From NCBI GenBank assembly GCA_012295275.1, contig CM022676.1, positions 6,076,001 through 6,140,000 of the forward strand: a stretch of 64,000 nt of DNA, read 5' to 3'. The notes below the pieces were generated by a model, which had not been told where the DNA came from, did no database searches, and worked only from the letters and a program-made list of their open reading frames with translations. Below are positions 27,286-40,935 of the stretch, piece after piece (position 1 is the first letter of the stretch; each line of letters starts with the position of its first letter). A program made the position numbers and the translations under genes. Source of the stretch: Chrysomallon squamiferum (taxonomy: Eukaryota; Animalia; Mollusca).

Positions 27286-27451
27286 GTCTACTGTATGGAT
27301 AATGACAAGAAACACAACTGCAGTTTCCGGACAAACAACACGATGAACTCTGCAATAATCAAACACATAGATTCCGAACTCACCTACAGAATTCGTCTTG
27401 CAGCGAGGACCAGTAAAGGGGTTGGAGTGTGGAGCAAGACGTTTGTTGTTG
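27286..27451 (+). CDS. robo: Robo exon, FN3-3 C-half
   Basis: ttacag|..|gtaagc; VYCMDNDKKHNCSFRTNNTMNSAIIKHIDSELTYRIRLAARTSKGVGVWSKTFVV. Confidence 0.94.
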
Positions 27452-28385
27452 GTAAGCAGCCATTTTAATTTTATTTTTTTTCCTTTTCAAATAATATTTT
27501 GTTACATTGTGAAAAATGTCTTTATAAATTTTCACCTAAAAAGATTAGGATTATGAAATTTAGAATTTAAAAAAAAAAAAATGATTGTTCTATTTAGTGT
27601 AGAGTTGTCTTTTTAAGTTTGATGGGATAATTATGAAGGGTTTTTAAGGGGACATGAAGGTGTTTTTTTTATTGTTTTTTTGGAGTAGGAATGAGGTTGT
27701 TAATGTTTTCTGTGAATTTGGTTTCATTGTTAGTTCTTTCATTTCTATAACTTTTCATTCTAGATTTATTTATTTTATTATTAATTAAAAATTATTATTA
27801 CACTTTATTTTTTTATTTTTTTTTTGTTACTGCTTTTATATTTATTAATATTTTTCATTATAACTGTTAACTGTTAATTTCTTTTAAATGCTCCTCTTTT
27901 TTATGGTTTCCTTTTTTTTTCTCTTTATAGCTATTCTTTATTTATTTTGCCTCTTTTAATTTATAATGTATTTTATTATTATATTCAATATCATTTTTAC
28001 AAATAATTTTTCTCTTTTTATTATTCTTTTTTTTATTTCTTCTTCTGGTACCTTTTCTTTCTTCTTTTAAGTTCATTTTCATTTTTTTTTTTTTTATTTG
28101 GTTAAAAAAAACACAACAATTCTGACAATTCTGTATGAGTCACATTCCAATGCATTTCAACAATGGAAATCCAACAATGGATGCCACCATGTTGAATGAC
28201 TCACAAAAATACATGTTAATTATCTGCCCTGTGATGAACTCTTTTGTGCGAGGAGATAGTGGAATTTCATTTTAATTTGAAGCTCGGACAATTGTAGGAA
28301 GTTTATTTCAAATATGTCCCCAGGCAACTGCCGTCTTCACTGCCACTGATCCTGGCATTATCATTTTAATTTTCATTTTTTTCAT

Positions 28386-28437
<52 letters not shown>

Positions 28438-30472
28438 CTCCTTTGTGAAAAAATGTTTGGTCTGTCATCTTTGGTTATTTTAGTGACGTTTTTTATTTTT
28501 TTCTCTCTCTTTTTATCTCTTCATTTTTTTAGTTTTATTTTATTTAATTTTTTTTTTCATTTCTTTTTTTATTTTTTTTTTTTTTTTTTTTTGTATCTTT
28601 TCTCTTTTCCGTTTTTCTTCTTTCTTTCCTTTTTCACCCCATCTTTTATATCTTTTTCTTCCATTCATTCCTTCCTTTTTGTTTATCTCTCATTAATTTT
28701 TCATTTGTTCTATAAAATATTTTTCTTGTAATCTTCTTTTTATCTGTTCCGTGTGAATTAGACAATTTCAAATCTTACTTCAAATTATGAACAAATAATA
28801 TTTACAAATTTGATTAAAAGATTTTTAAGAAATAAATAAATAGTAAGGGAACCATATATAATTAAAACCATATTAACAGAGGTAAAGAGACAGATAGAAA
28901 AAAGATTGATAGACAGATGGGTAGAGAGAAAGAAAGAAAAGATAAATAGAAATAGATAGGAAAAATAGAAAAATTAAGTAAAAAAAAAATACACAGAAAG
29001 AGAAATAGAGAGTGACAGACAGAGAGGTAAAGAAAAAATATTGAGAAACAGAAAACATTGGGAGGAATATGCTTACAAATATATTAAACAATATGTTACC
29101 AATAGAAATAAAAATAGTAAAAGAAAAAGAATAAATCTCAAAAACTCATAATAATTACATCTACTAACACTGTACATAAAAAGGAAAAAAAATGTACATA
29201 AAAGAAAATTAATTTTGATAAAATATTTTTTTTTAAACTTTAAAACACTTGGAAAGAAAAATATAACACAAATTTACTTTCACTTATTAGAAATTATTAT
29301 TATTATTATTATTATTATTATTTAAAAATTCTGTTTTGATTCTCAGTGAAAACTGGTTTTTAAAACTTTTATAAAATTCCTCTGTTTCTTCCCCTTCCTC
29401 GTGATGAATTCGTTCCTGCTCAATCTTCATCGGCCACTACGTGTGCAAAACAAACAATAGCAATGAAAAAACACTTCATCAAACGCAATGATGAGGTCTT
29501 AGACAATCATTTTCCTGCACCGACTTCACCAGCATCAAAACAATTGTCTGTATAACTCAATCTAGTCCTCAGTGACCTCACTTAACCCCAGACTCTGTGA
29601 CAGAGTGACAGGCCTTGCTTTAATTTTTCTGTTCTTTTTAACCAAGAGAGTGTTCAGGGGAGACAATAGAGTTGTGAACTGAAAAGTAATGTTTGGATTT
29701 TTTAGGGATTTTTTTTTTTTTTCTTTTTTCAAGAAAGAGTAGTAATGATGAAATTTGTATTTTTCATTTTTGTTTGTTATTTATTTTTGTATTTATTTTA
29801 TTTTATTTTATTTATATTTTTAGTTTTCATTATTTATTTATTTATTTATGTTTTTTTTGTTTTTTTCATTATTTATATATTTTTTTCATTATCATTTATT
29901 TATTTTATTTATTTAAATTTTTAGTTTTCACTATTTATTTATTTATTATTTTTTATTTCTTTTTTTTTTTTGGAAAGGAATAATTTAAGGGTTTGCTTTT
30001 GGCTTATTTGTCTGTTGTTGCTTTTTCACCTTCTCTCATTTATAATGCAAATTATTTCTTTTTTCATTCTTCACTTTTTTTCATTTTTTTTTTTTTTCAT
30101 TCTTCTATTTTTTTTCTTCACCTTTTTCATCACAATTTTTCACATTTTTTTTTCTTTTTTTTTTGTTTTATCTTTTTTTTTTTTGCTTTTTTTTTTTTTC
30201 TTCTTAACTTTTCGTCTGTCTTCTTCACACATATACATATTTTTTTCTTCTTCTTCTTCTTCTTCTTCTTCTTTTTTTTTCTCCCCCTCTCTTTCACAGG
30301 GAATTGCTGTTAGCATTAATTAATTGACGCATTTAAGAACTGTCTGTAACAGTGTGTCAGCAAACAATGAATTAATTGGGTTTGTTTTCAGCTAATACTG
30401 AAATAATCGCATTACACACAAGGTCACTCACTGTCACAGGCAGCCATTTTTGTCAGAGGGATGTCCTGTCAT

Positions 30473-30506
<34 letters not shown>

Positions 30507-31408
30507 TAATCTTAATAATTACAATATCGCCAGTGTTTGGGAAATGAAATTCTTTCACTCTAGATTTCAAAAGACATCCATCAAGTGTTGATGCCGTGGG
30601 TTTGGCAGGAAGTTTGGTTGCCTCGCTTTCACTTCTCCCCTCCATATTGTTGACCTCGAGGGGTTTTTTTAATTCCTTTTTTTTTTTTTTTTCATCACAA
30701 GATGATGTTGCTGTGACGGGAACATGTTTTTGTTCCATTGTTAGACGATGGCGACGTCTCATTTTGAAGACGGAGTATTTGTCTTAATTACAGACAGACT
30801 GACAGATATAAAGAGGATGAAGAAAAGAATAAATCTTTGTCTTTTTATTGGGTTTAATTTCTTTAATTTTTTCTTTTCTTCCATTTTTTTGGAGGGTTTT
30901 TTTTTTTTTTTTTTTTTTTCTTGTTTTAATTTTTTAAACTTTTTTTTTTTATTTTTTTTATTATTTTTTATTTTTTTTTTTTTTTTTGTTATTTCTTATT
31001 TATTTTCATTTTGTGTCATCTTATTTTTTAATATGTGTATTTTAATTTATTGTTTTTTTGTTTATAGTTTAATTTTAGTTTCAGACAGGATATATTTTTA
31101 AAAATTTTGTTTAAATTTATTTTGTTTTTTTATTTTTATTTTAATTTGCTTGGTAGAAAATGATTTTAATTTCAGTTTTATGTGTTTTTCTATTTCTGCT
31201 TTTATTATTTTGTTATCGTTACATATTATTTAAATTTATTTTTTTCATTTTTTTTAATTTGTTTGGTAGAAAATCATTTTAATTTCAGTTTTATGTGTTT
31301 TTCTATTTTTTTTTTTTTTTGGATATTTTTTTTCTTTTTTTTTTTGGGGTTAAATATTTTTCTTTTATTTCTATTCACTTTAAGAATCTCCTTAATTTTA
31401 ATTTAAAT

Positions 31409-31451
<43 letters not shown>

Positions 31452-32126
31452 CTCTTATTTCTCTTTCTCATTATTCTTCTTTTATTTCTAATTATTTTCA
31501 ATTTTTGAATCAATTTCATATCAATTAACAAATTCTGTTAAAAGGTATTATAATATTATGTTCCGATAGAAATGTTTTCTGTAAAATTATGCTTAAAGGC
31601 AAACAACTTTTAGATTTTATACAGACAATAATTAAAATTTTCTAGATAACTTATATTTCTGTGATAATATATTTGCTGAATGACAATGTATTCATCTTAG
31701 TAAAAAGTTTGATATGATATATTTAACTAGGTTATTACTCAGAAATTTTGAATAAAATTGTTTTTATAGTTTCTTATCTTAAAAGTATCAGTTTTCATGA
31801 CTTGAAAAGATGATTGTTGTTTTATTTCATAGGATTTGTTTAATGAAATTTCAATCTGACAATTTGGAATAATTTCGAATCAATTATTTCCATAAAATTA
31901 TATTCACTGGCCATCAACTTTTTGATTTGGCATCAACAGCAGTTGAGATATTCTGTTATCTTTTACACAAGTATTAAACAAATATATATTTACTGTTGAA
32001 GAGAATATATCAATGAAAGAGCAATTTAATTTAATATTTAGTAATTTAATGTACAAATAGTGTTTACTAATATTTTATAAAATAAACAAAAAAAGTTATA
32101 ATAATAATAATCACAACAACAACATC

Positions 32127-32182
<56 letters not shown>

Positions 32183-33307
32183 TAATAATAATAAACAACT
32201 AGTAACCACTGAAAACAAACAGTTAAAATCACTAAAGATGTTTACAGTTAAATAATGATAAATTAATTCTTATAAAAAATGAAACCGCAAAGCCCATTTT
32301 ACAAGAACAACAACATCAAATATCGAAAAATTAATTTAAAACAAAATAACAACAGTGAATCAAATAATTATTAGGGATATTGATTTTCAATACTGGTAAT
32401 CAACAATATTTTCAAGCCAATAAAAAATTATTTAAATATTTTTCAAACTCAGTCCAGAACCTCTTTCATCATAGTTATAATTATTATGTGGGAATAATTA
32501 GTAAAACCCCTAATGGGCCCCAGTGACTCATATTTAAAAAGATTGAGCTGTCATCGTTGAAAGGGAGAACACTCTAGGAGAAGAACTCTTCAGCAGTGGA
32601 GTAAATGAATTTACCTCATCTAATGATCCAATCTGCGATCAAGAAGGCACTAAATTGTTTTAAGTCGTTAATGAAAGTCATTGTCACAGAAACAAAGATT
32701 CTGATTTAGTGATAGCTTTTTTTGAAAAAAAGAGGAGACTTCCTTTTCCCCTTTTTTTTTTTTTAATATATTTTTTTTTTCTTTTTAATCTTTCAATCCA
32801 ATCAGATTTTAATCAACACTGTTGAAGGGTAGGTTTGACAGGAGACAACTTTATTGCTTCTTTTTGTTTTGTCCAAAAATATTGCTTCTATTTTTTTTTT
32901 TTTTTTTTTTTTTTTCAATTCTTATGAATAAATAGGGAAGAAAAGGGGTGAAAAAGAAAAAAAAGAATTGTGGGATTTTTTTTTTTTTTTTTTCTTCTAA
33001 TTTTTCTTTTCTTTTAGTCTCTTGTGTATTGCACATGTCAGTAAGGGATTTCAAATCTGCCCTCTCTCTCTTCGTTTTAAAGATTTGATACGAAACAAAG
33101 GCCATAATTCATGGAAGTCGTGACAGGAAAACAATGGAGTTATTTCAACACTGCTTTCCAAATGACACAGTCTGACTGTTAACAGCCAAACCCCAATTGT
33201 TTCATTCCCCCTTTCAGTCTTTTGTTTTCAAGCAGTTGCATTTTGCCAAATCTATTAAATGGCTGAATTAACTCAAGCATCTCATTAATGAGTTTTTTTA
33301 AAAAAAA

Positions 33308-33352
<45 letters not shown>

Positions 33353-35332
33353 TTTTTTTTTATTTTTTTCTTTTCTTTTCTTTTTTCTTTCTATCTCTCT
33401 GTTACTGAAAAAAAAAAAAAAAAAAAAAATTTTTTTTTTGGTTAAGTTTCATAAACTGGCAAAGTAATTAATTCGAGTTTTTTTTTTTCGTAACTGTTTT
33501 CAACGACACCGCCATTTTGACCTTTATCCAGATCTAACCATGCGTTCTGATGGAATTTTTCACGGAGATAATTGCTCGCTGGCCACAACACGAAAGTTTT
33601 AATCCCATAATTCTCTGCAAACATATTAGCTAAGCGAAGGATATGATTTTCTCATTTTGTTGTTAAATATGGTGGAAACAAACCAGTCACAAATTAGTAC
33701 GTGTCCCTTTTTGTCCCATCTGCGAGCTGAGACAGAGGGACAGAACAACAACTGGAAATTTATTGTTTCCAGTCGATGTGAAAAGATTTTTTTTTTTTTA
33801 CGTTTTTGAAACAAGTGTGAAATTTTCAAGGTGTCGTTTTTAGTTAAGCCTGTTAAAAAAAAAATGTTTGTTTTGGTTTATTTTGGTTTGGAGTTTTTTT
33901 CAGTTATTTTTTCATGAACAAAAAATTGATTTATATAATTTTTATTGTGAGTAAAATTGTTTGACTTCCAGTTTTTCCATCAGCAGATGTTTGTTTTTAT
34001 AAAACAAAAAAACAAAACAAAAAAACTACAAAAACAAAACAACAAGAACATATACTTATGGTTTTAATTTGAAATAAATTTGAATAATGTTTTTTAATTT
34101 TTTTTTTCAATATGTAGTAATTATCCATAAGGATAAAAGATTTTGTAAAAATGTTTGTTTCTTTGTATTAGACAAAATTTGATTTAAAAATAAAAACATT
34201 TTCTTTCTTTTACTCAAAATGGTGAACTTAAAACAAAAAACAAAATCAAGATTTATAATTTTTAGTTCTAGAATAAATTTAATTAAAATGGAATGGTATA
34301 CAAAAAAGATTTTTTAGTTTAAATAAGTTAAATGAAAATAAGGTTTTACTTTAAATTTAAGCTTATAATAATGAAATTTTAAAAATAAATTTTATATTTA
34401 GTGGTTCAAGTTAAAAAAATTAAAACAAAAGTAAAAAAAGAAACTCTTAACTTAAAAAAAACATAAAAAATGCAAGCACATTTCAGATTTGCATTTAAAC
34501 AAAATTTCTGTTCTTCATTTTTAAAATATTTTACAATGACTTATGGCTATTTTGAAATAAATTTCAAACAGCAACCAAAAAAACATTTTTATTATTAAAA
34601 AAAAAACAAAAAAAAAAAAAACATTTTTTATTTTTAATATGAAACGAAAAATACAAAAATTCTCTTTCCTGGTTCTAAAACGTTTTGAAAATAACTAATG
34701 GATAGTTTCCGAATTTTGAACTCTTTGCTTGAAATATGACGAATTCAAAGTCACAAAAAACGAGACAATTGAATGCTATTTTTCTCATCATTTCCACATC
34801 AAATTGTTAATTTGTGCTCCTTCCATGACCAAATGGGAAAAAAATTTAACTTGAAATATAGATTTCTCCAGCGAGAGACATAGTTTTTCCATCAAGTTAT
34901 CTTGCAGCCTTGATTACTTCCCTTTTTAAGGAGCTCTTCGGTGACAAAGAATCATAAATTTTGAAGAGTATCTCTTTTGATTAATACATCAAACTGGGTC
35001 AGTGGTTATGCTAATGAAAAAAAAAAAAAAAAAAAAAAAAAATTCTTCTTTTGAGAAATGGTGAGAAATTAATGTAATTAAACCTTTCTTTAGAAAAAGC
35101 ATTTGTCAAAAGACCAGTGAAGTTTGAAAAATAAAAACGACATTTTTGTTTTGGAAAAATAAAATAAATGAATAATTGTTACTTCTTCAAATACACATTA
35201 TTTTGGAGATTTAATGGATTTAAGTGTTTTTTCAGAATTTTTTTTTTTACTTTTAAAAACAAATATTTGTTTTATCAATTTTATTATCCACTTATTTTTG
35301 CTGTTGTTGTTGTTGTTCTTCTTCTTCTTCTT

Positions 35333-35391
<59 letters not shown>

Positions 35392-35672
35392 TTGAAAAAC
35401 AATTATTATTACTAGACATATATCAAAGGACATAAGCATATTTCAAATGAATTTCTAATGGTTTAAATTTAATAATTGCTAGAAACTTTAGGAAACCAAA
35501 CCTATTTCAGATAGATTGCCTGGGAAAAAAAATAATGCATGGTTTAATATTATACCAGTTTACTGTGTATGTAAAATAATTCTTAAAAATTTTAATTATT
35601 TATTGTAATTGTTGTGTTTGTTGTTATATGTTGTTGTTATGATTAATATCACTATCATTTGTTTTTATTTTA

Positions 35673-35730
<58 letters not shown>

Positions 35731-35777
35731 CATTATTATTATTATTATATTTATTATTATTATCATTATCATTATTA

Positions 35778-35808
<31 letters not shown>

Positions 35809-35813
35809 CATCA

Positions 35814-35844
<31 letters not shown>

Positions 35845-35860
35845 CATTATCATCATTATC

Positions 35861-35952
<92 letters not shown>

Positions 35953-35993
35953 TATCATTATTATTATAAATATATTGTTAAATCTAATTGTAG

Positions 35994-36152
35994 GTCCAGA
36001 ACAACCGAATATTATGAAGGAGCCCTGGTTTATTGGAATGCTGATCAGTACCATTGGTGGCACTTTGTGGTTGGCACTGTGTATCTTTAGTATTTGGCTG
36101 TGTCGGAAACGAAAGAACCGCAAAAAACTGCTTCAGAATGGAATGTACAGTG
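35994..36152 (+). CDS. robo: Robo exon, transmembrane helix and basic stop-transfer
   Basis: ttgtag|..|gtaagt; GPEQPNIMKEPWFIGMLISTIGGTLWLALCIFSIWLCRKRKNRKKLLQNGMYS. Confidence 0.95.
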
Positions 36153-36428
36153 GTAAGTTTTAATTTATTATTGTAAATTTTTATATGTGTGTGTGTATAT
36201 ATATATATATGTATTTATAATATAAGTTTATGGGATTTATGTAGAATTATTGTATTTGTGTATTTAAAAAATTTATTTTATTTATTTTTTGGATGATATT
36301 TTTGTATGTGATGTGAGTTGAAGTTTTAAGGATACTTTATCCTGTGGGTTTTTTAGTTTTATTTTATTTTTTTATTTTTTTTTCTTTCCTTCTTTCTTTC
36401 TTTCTTGGTTTCTTGATTTCTTGATTTA

Positions 36429-36470
<42 letters not shown>

Positions 36471-36548
36471 TTATTTTATTATTTTTGATTTTATTATTTT
36501 TATTTTTTTTCAATCAAAAATGGTTTAAAATAAAATGAATACACATAA

Positions 36549-36586
<38 letters not shown>

Positions 36587-36734
36587 TTTTATTTTTATTA
36601 TTATTTTTTTAATGATTTATATTTATTATAAGTTAATGGATCTTTCATCTGCCAAGTTATAAATTTAAAATTTTATTATCAGATTAGTCATTTACATTTA
36701 AAAAACAATTTAAAATTGTTTCATTTATTTCCAG

Positions 36735-36768
36735 CTGTTCCAGTCCATAAATCAGATGATTCTTCCAG
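36735..36768 (+). CDS. robo: Robo 34-nt cytoplasmic microexon
   Basis: ttccag|CTGTTCC..TCCAG|gtttgt; AVPVHKSDDSS. Its 1-to-2 phase bridges the TM exon and the next exon. Confidence 0.75.
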
Positions 36769-36992
36769 GTTTGTTGAAATTCGTAATTTAATTTTTAACT
36801 GAAAACAGAATCTTTTAAATTATTATAAATTTAAAATATCAATATTAAAATTTAAAAAAAAAAAAAAAAATTTATAATAATTATAAATCAAAAGATAATC
36901 ATAATGAAAGAATGAAAGACAATGAGAATAAATAATATTTCGTTTTTCTTTTATAATTATTTGACTTAATGATTAGGAATAAATTATGAAAG

Positions 36993-37074
<82 letters not shown>

Positions 37075-37274
37075 ATTAACAAAAGAAATAATAATAAGAA
37101 AAAAAAAAATAATAATAAAAAAGAAAAACTGAGAGAGAGAAATGAAAAATGGATTGAGTCAGATTAAGAAAGAGAAATCCAAAGACAACAGAGAAATTCA
37201 CCTTCATTTCTTTTCTAAATTTAAAATTTTTGAATTTTATATTATTGTTATTTTTATGATTTTTCTGTTTGCAG

Positions 37275-37336
37275 CAGAAACACAAGTCATGATGTGGTGT
37301 ATGCCCAGAAAGATGGCAACATTCACGCTATGTCAG
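37275..37336 (+). CDS. robo: Robo cytoplasmic exon with NAGNAG acceptor (alternative start 37278)
   Basis: ttgcag|cag|..|gtaaaa; (S)RNTSHDVVYAQKDGNIHAMS, phase 2-1. Confidence 0.8.
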
Positions 37337-37967
37337 GTAAAAAACAAATCTACATCATTTACTAAACAGTTGTTTACACACATGAGCAGAATTTCTAATA
37401 ACACAACAAATTTTAAATTTGGAAAATATTATTTGCTAATCAGTTATTTTTAGATCTATGTTGTATTTGTATTGATACCATTCTTAAATTTTTATTTTTA
37501 AATTATCCCCTCTAAACCTTTTTCTGTATATTTTTAATACTACCATGGGAAATTTTAATTATTTTTTTATTTTGTTTTAGTATTTATTTATGTCTTGATT
37601 TCTAATATAATATGTTTTAATTATTTGTTTATTTACTTATTAGGTTTTGTCTGATATATTATTACAACTACAATTATAAATAATTGCAAAACAAACATTT
37701 ATTATTATTGTTATTAATTTGATATAATTATTCTTAAAACTTGTATATACGTATATGTATGTCTGTCTGTTTGTATGAACAATAAACCAGTTTATAATAT
37801 TTACACATGTATATTTATATTTGCATTCGTGCAAGTGTGTGTAAGTGAATCACACATCTTTGTCAACATGCACATACCATAAAACAATACTTACTCATAA
37901 ACGTGAAATAAAATAAAATAAATTTATTTTTCCCGGGTTCACGTTGAATACATTTGATATGTTACAG

Positions 37968-38182
37968 CTTACGGTGGGTTACAGTCTGACTTGGCCAGTC
38001 TGCTAGACTCTGGCAACAAAGACGTTGAACTCAAAGACCAGAACATCTACAACTCTGCCGGTGTCCCGCAGATGAAGACGTTCTATCAGAAGCCCAATGC
38101 CATTCCCATGACGGTGGCGCCGTATGCCACGACCACGTTGATAAATACTGGTAACCAAGGAAACAGACAGGTGCAGCCGAAT
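37968..38182 (+). CDS. robo: Robo cytoplasmic exon containing CC1
   Basis: ttacag|..|gtaagt; AYGGLQSDLASLLDSGNKDVELKDQNIYNSAGVPQMKTFYQKPNAIPMTVAPYATTTLINTGNQGNRQVQPN. APYATTTLI matches Robo CC1 (TPYATTxLI). Confidence 0.94.
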
Positions 38183-38459
38183 GTAAGTAGCGGTTTTGGT
38201 TTGTTTTGTTTTGTTTATTTTTAGGACTTGTCTCGTTGTTCTTTCGGTGACTCCTAGATCTCCTGCAAGTTCTCCTGATTGCTTTATAGAGTTCTGTGTC
38301 TCCTAAATCTCCTACTGATGCTCCTAATACTGTTAAAGATTTTATTTAGATGATTCAGTTCATCTCCTGAAACGTCTACAGAAAGTTTCAGATGCTAAAT
38401 ACTTCTCCTAAAGTGATTTTTATTCTTCCTAATCCACTTTGCTCCTAAATCATTCCATC

Positions 38460-38720
38460 TCTCCCAATCCAAACCATATCCCATAAACTTTAAATTTCCA
38501 TCTCTCCTAACTGTCAGAATCTCCCAATCCAAACCATATCTCATAAACCTTAAATTTCCCATTCCAAACCATAGCCCATAAACTTTGAATTTCCCAATCC
38601 ACACAATATCTCATAAATCTTAAATTTCCCAATCCAGACTATGTCCCATAAATTCAAAATTTCCCAATCCAAACCACATCTCATAAAAATGTTAAATTTC
38701 CCATTCCAAACCATATCTCC
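38460..38720. repeat. ~39-bp minisatellite, about 6 units
   Basis: tcccaatccaaaccatatctcataaacttaaatt-like tandem units. Confidence 0.9.
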
Positions 38721-38905
38721 AAACATTCTAACTCACTCTTCTAATACATTATTTAAAACAAGACGAAGATTAAATTTCTTCTTTTTTTGAACCACCCTTT
38801 TTAAATTTCTTTTATCAGTTTATTTTTCATTATTTAAACAAGGTGTAAAAAGATATTTAAATTTTTATATTAATTTTTTATTTTTTTATTTTTTTTTGTG
38901 TTCAG

Positions 38906-39038
38906 TGTATGGAGAGTGCTTTTCGACCAATCAATCATGCATATGTGCATAGCAGCGCAAGTGGGTCTGGAGACAGCTGTCAGAAACCGGAGATGAAAAA
39001 CAGCGACTCAAACACGGACAACAGTCGACAGAACTCAG
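38906..39038 (+). CDS. robo: Robo cytoplasmic exon
   Basis: gttcag|..|gtgagc; CMESAFRPINHAYVHSSASGSGDSCQKPEMKNSDSNTDNSRQNS, phase 0-1. Confidence 0.9.
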
Positions 39039-39291
39039 GTGAGCTTCGAAATTTTTACCCCGAAGTTCGAAGAGAAATCAAAATTATCATTCGGTCATCG
39101 ACGTTTTTAGTTATATTCCTAAGAAATTTTTTCTGTTTTTGAATTTGAAGATTTTAATATATTTTTTTTGTTTGTTTGGCAACTTGAATTTTCAGTTTTT
39201 AAATTATATATATAATTTTGAAGTTGGTTTGTTTTTAGATATTTTTTTTTTTTTTTAAATTAAAATTCCTGGTGTTTTTCTCTCATTTCAG

Positions 39292-39369
39292 TTCCTGGTT
39301 GTACGTGTCAACAGGAAGGGATGGATTGTCTGGCAAGTCCAGGAAGTGACAGTGGAAGTCTGACGACTG
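39292..39369 (+). CDS. robo: Robo cytoplasmic exon (78 nt, symmetric)
   Basis: tttcag|..|gtaaaa; VPGCTCQQEGMDCLASPGSDSGSLTT. Confidence 0.87.
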
Positions 39370-39677
39370 GTAAAATAAATTATAAGTTGTTTAGAAAATA
39401 GTTTCTTTTTGTAAATGAATTATAGATGTTCTTTTATGTTAAAATTAAGAATAAATATATTACAAATTTTCGTTCATGTTGGAATATCATTTATATAAAT
39501 GTTAATACTGTATTAAAAGGGTAAGATTTTTATTAAAAATTCTTTCTTGTATTAAATATGTTTTGTAATTAGTATAAATGACATTAAAAGACTGAGTCTC
39601 CATTAAAACACGTCTGTTGAAGAAGATAAATAGATTTAACAGACTGAACATTTTCTCATTCAGATATTTGTTTTATT

Positions 39678-39716
<39 letters not shown>

Positions 39717-39990
39717 TTATTATCATTATTAATTATAACAATAATAGTTTTAGATTTTTACAATAGTCATATTCTTTTTGTTTGTCTTCTTCTTTGTCTT
39801 CATATTTTTCTTATTTATTTTTTTATTTATTTATTTATTTATTTATTTATTATTTGTTTAACAATAGTAGTTTCAGGTTTTTTATTTAGTTATTTATTTT
39901 ATTTATTTGTCTTATTATTTATTTATTTATTTGTTTGTTTATTTATTTATTTAGTTATTTGTTTATTTATTTATTTATTTGTTTATTTAC

Positions 39991-40037
<47 letters not shown>

Positions 40038-40455
40038 TTTTATTTATTTATTTATTTATTTATTTGTTTATTTGTTTATTTATTTATTTATTTGTTTGTT
40101 TATTTATTTGTTTTTTGTTTTATTTATTTGTTTGTTTGTTTATTTATTTAATTATTTGTTTGCCACAAACATTTATTTGTTTTATTTATTTATTTGTTTA
40201 TTTATTTATTTACTTATTTATTTGTTTTTTTAATTTATTGCCTATTTATTTGTTTATTTATTTATTTACTTATTTAGTTATTTAGTTATTTACTTATTTA
40301 TTTACTCATTGAACTCATTTGTTTATTTTTTTATTTACTTATTTATTTATTTATTTATTTAATCTTTTATTTATCTATTTATTTATGTATTTAGCTTGTT
40401 TATTTATTTATTTGTTTATTTATTTATTTACTTATTGTTTGTTTGTTTGTTTCAG

Positions 40456-40935
40456 ACGAGTGCGGGATGCCGGTCAATGATGCCACAGAAGAACAAACAC
40501 TGCTGCGTGCCCAACAAGTGATGGTCAATGTCGAAGTGCTGCCCCCCCAGCCCAGAATGCCCCACGACCTCGGCTCCCCGGACAAACAGGTGAACCACGA
40601 CTGGGGCATGATGTACCACCACCACCCGACCAACCCATCCCCTCAGCAGCAGCTACGGCAGCAGCAGCAGCAGCAGCAGAGGATCTGTCCCCGGTGTGAG
40701 AGGGTCTCGCAAGGTGGGGCAGGGCTACGCCCATCTCCCTGCACGGGTACAAGATCGGACAGCTGGAGAGTGACCTGAGACAGCTGAGTGACCCGGCGTC
40801 GAAGTTCGTCCACCCAGCCCAGAATGCGACCAGACGGTCCGTCGATGGACCAAACAGTGTGAGTCGACTGCGGCAGTTTGTCCACCACCACCCGACCAAC
40901 CCATCCCCTCAGCAGCAGTTTTCATGGCAGCAGCA
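40456..40935 (+). CDS. robo: Robo cytoplasmic exon at the CC2 position; internally corrupted, 3' end uncertain
   Basis: tttcag| start in correct phase (DECGMPVN..VNVEVLPPQPRMPHDLGSP..polyQ). GC-rich island ending about 40945. In-frame TGA at 40776-40778 and an internal degenerate duplication; donor guessed at gtaaag 40936. Confidence 0.55.

Noticed and set aside
30290-30330. Strong-looking acceptor ctttcacag| in the pre-TM intron as a hidden exon
   Set aside because: Short reading frames closed by stops and no matching donor; no Robo-like peptide.
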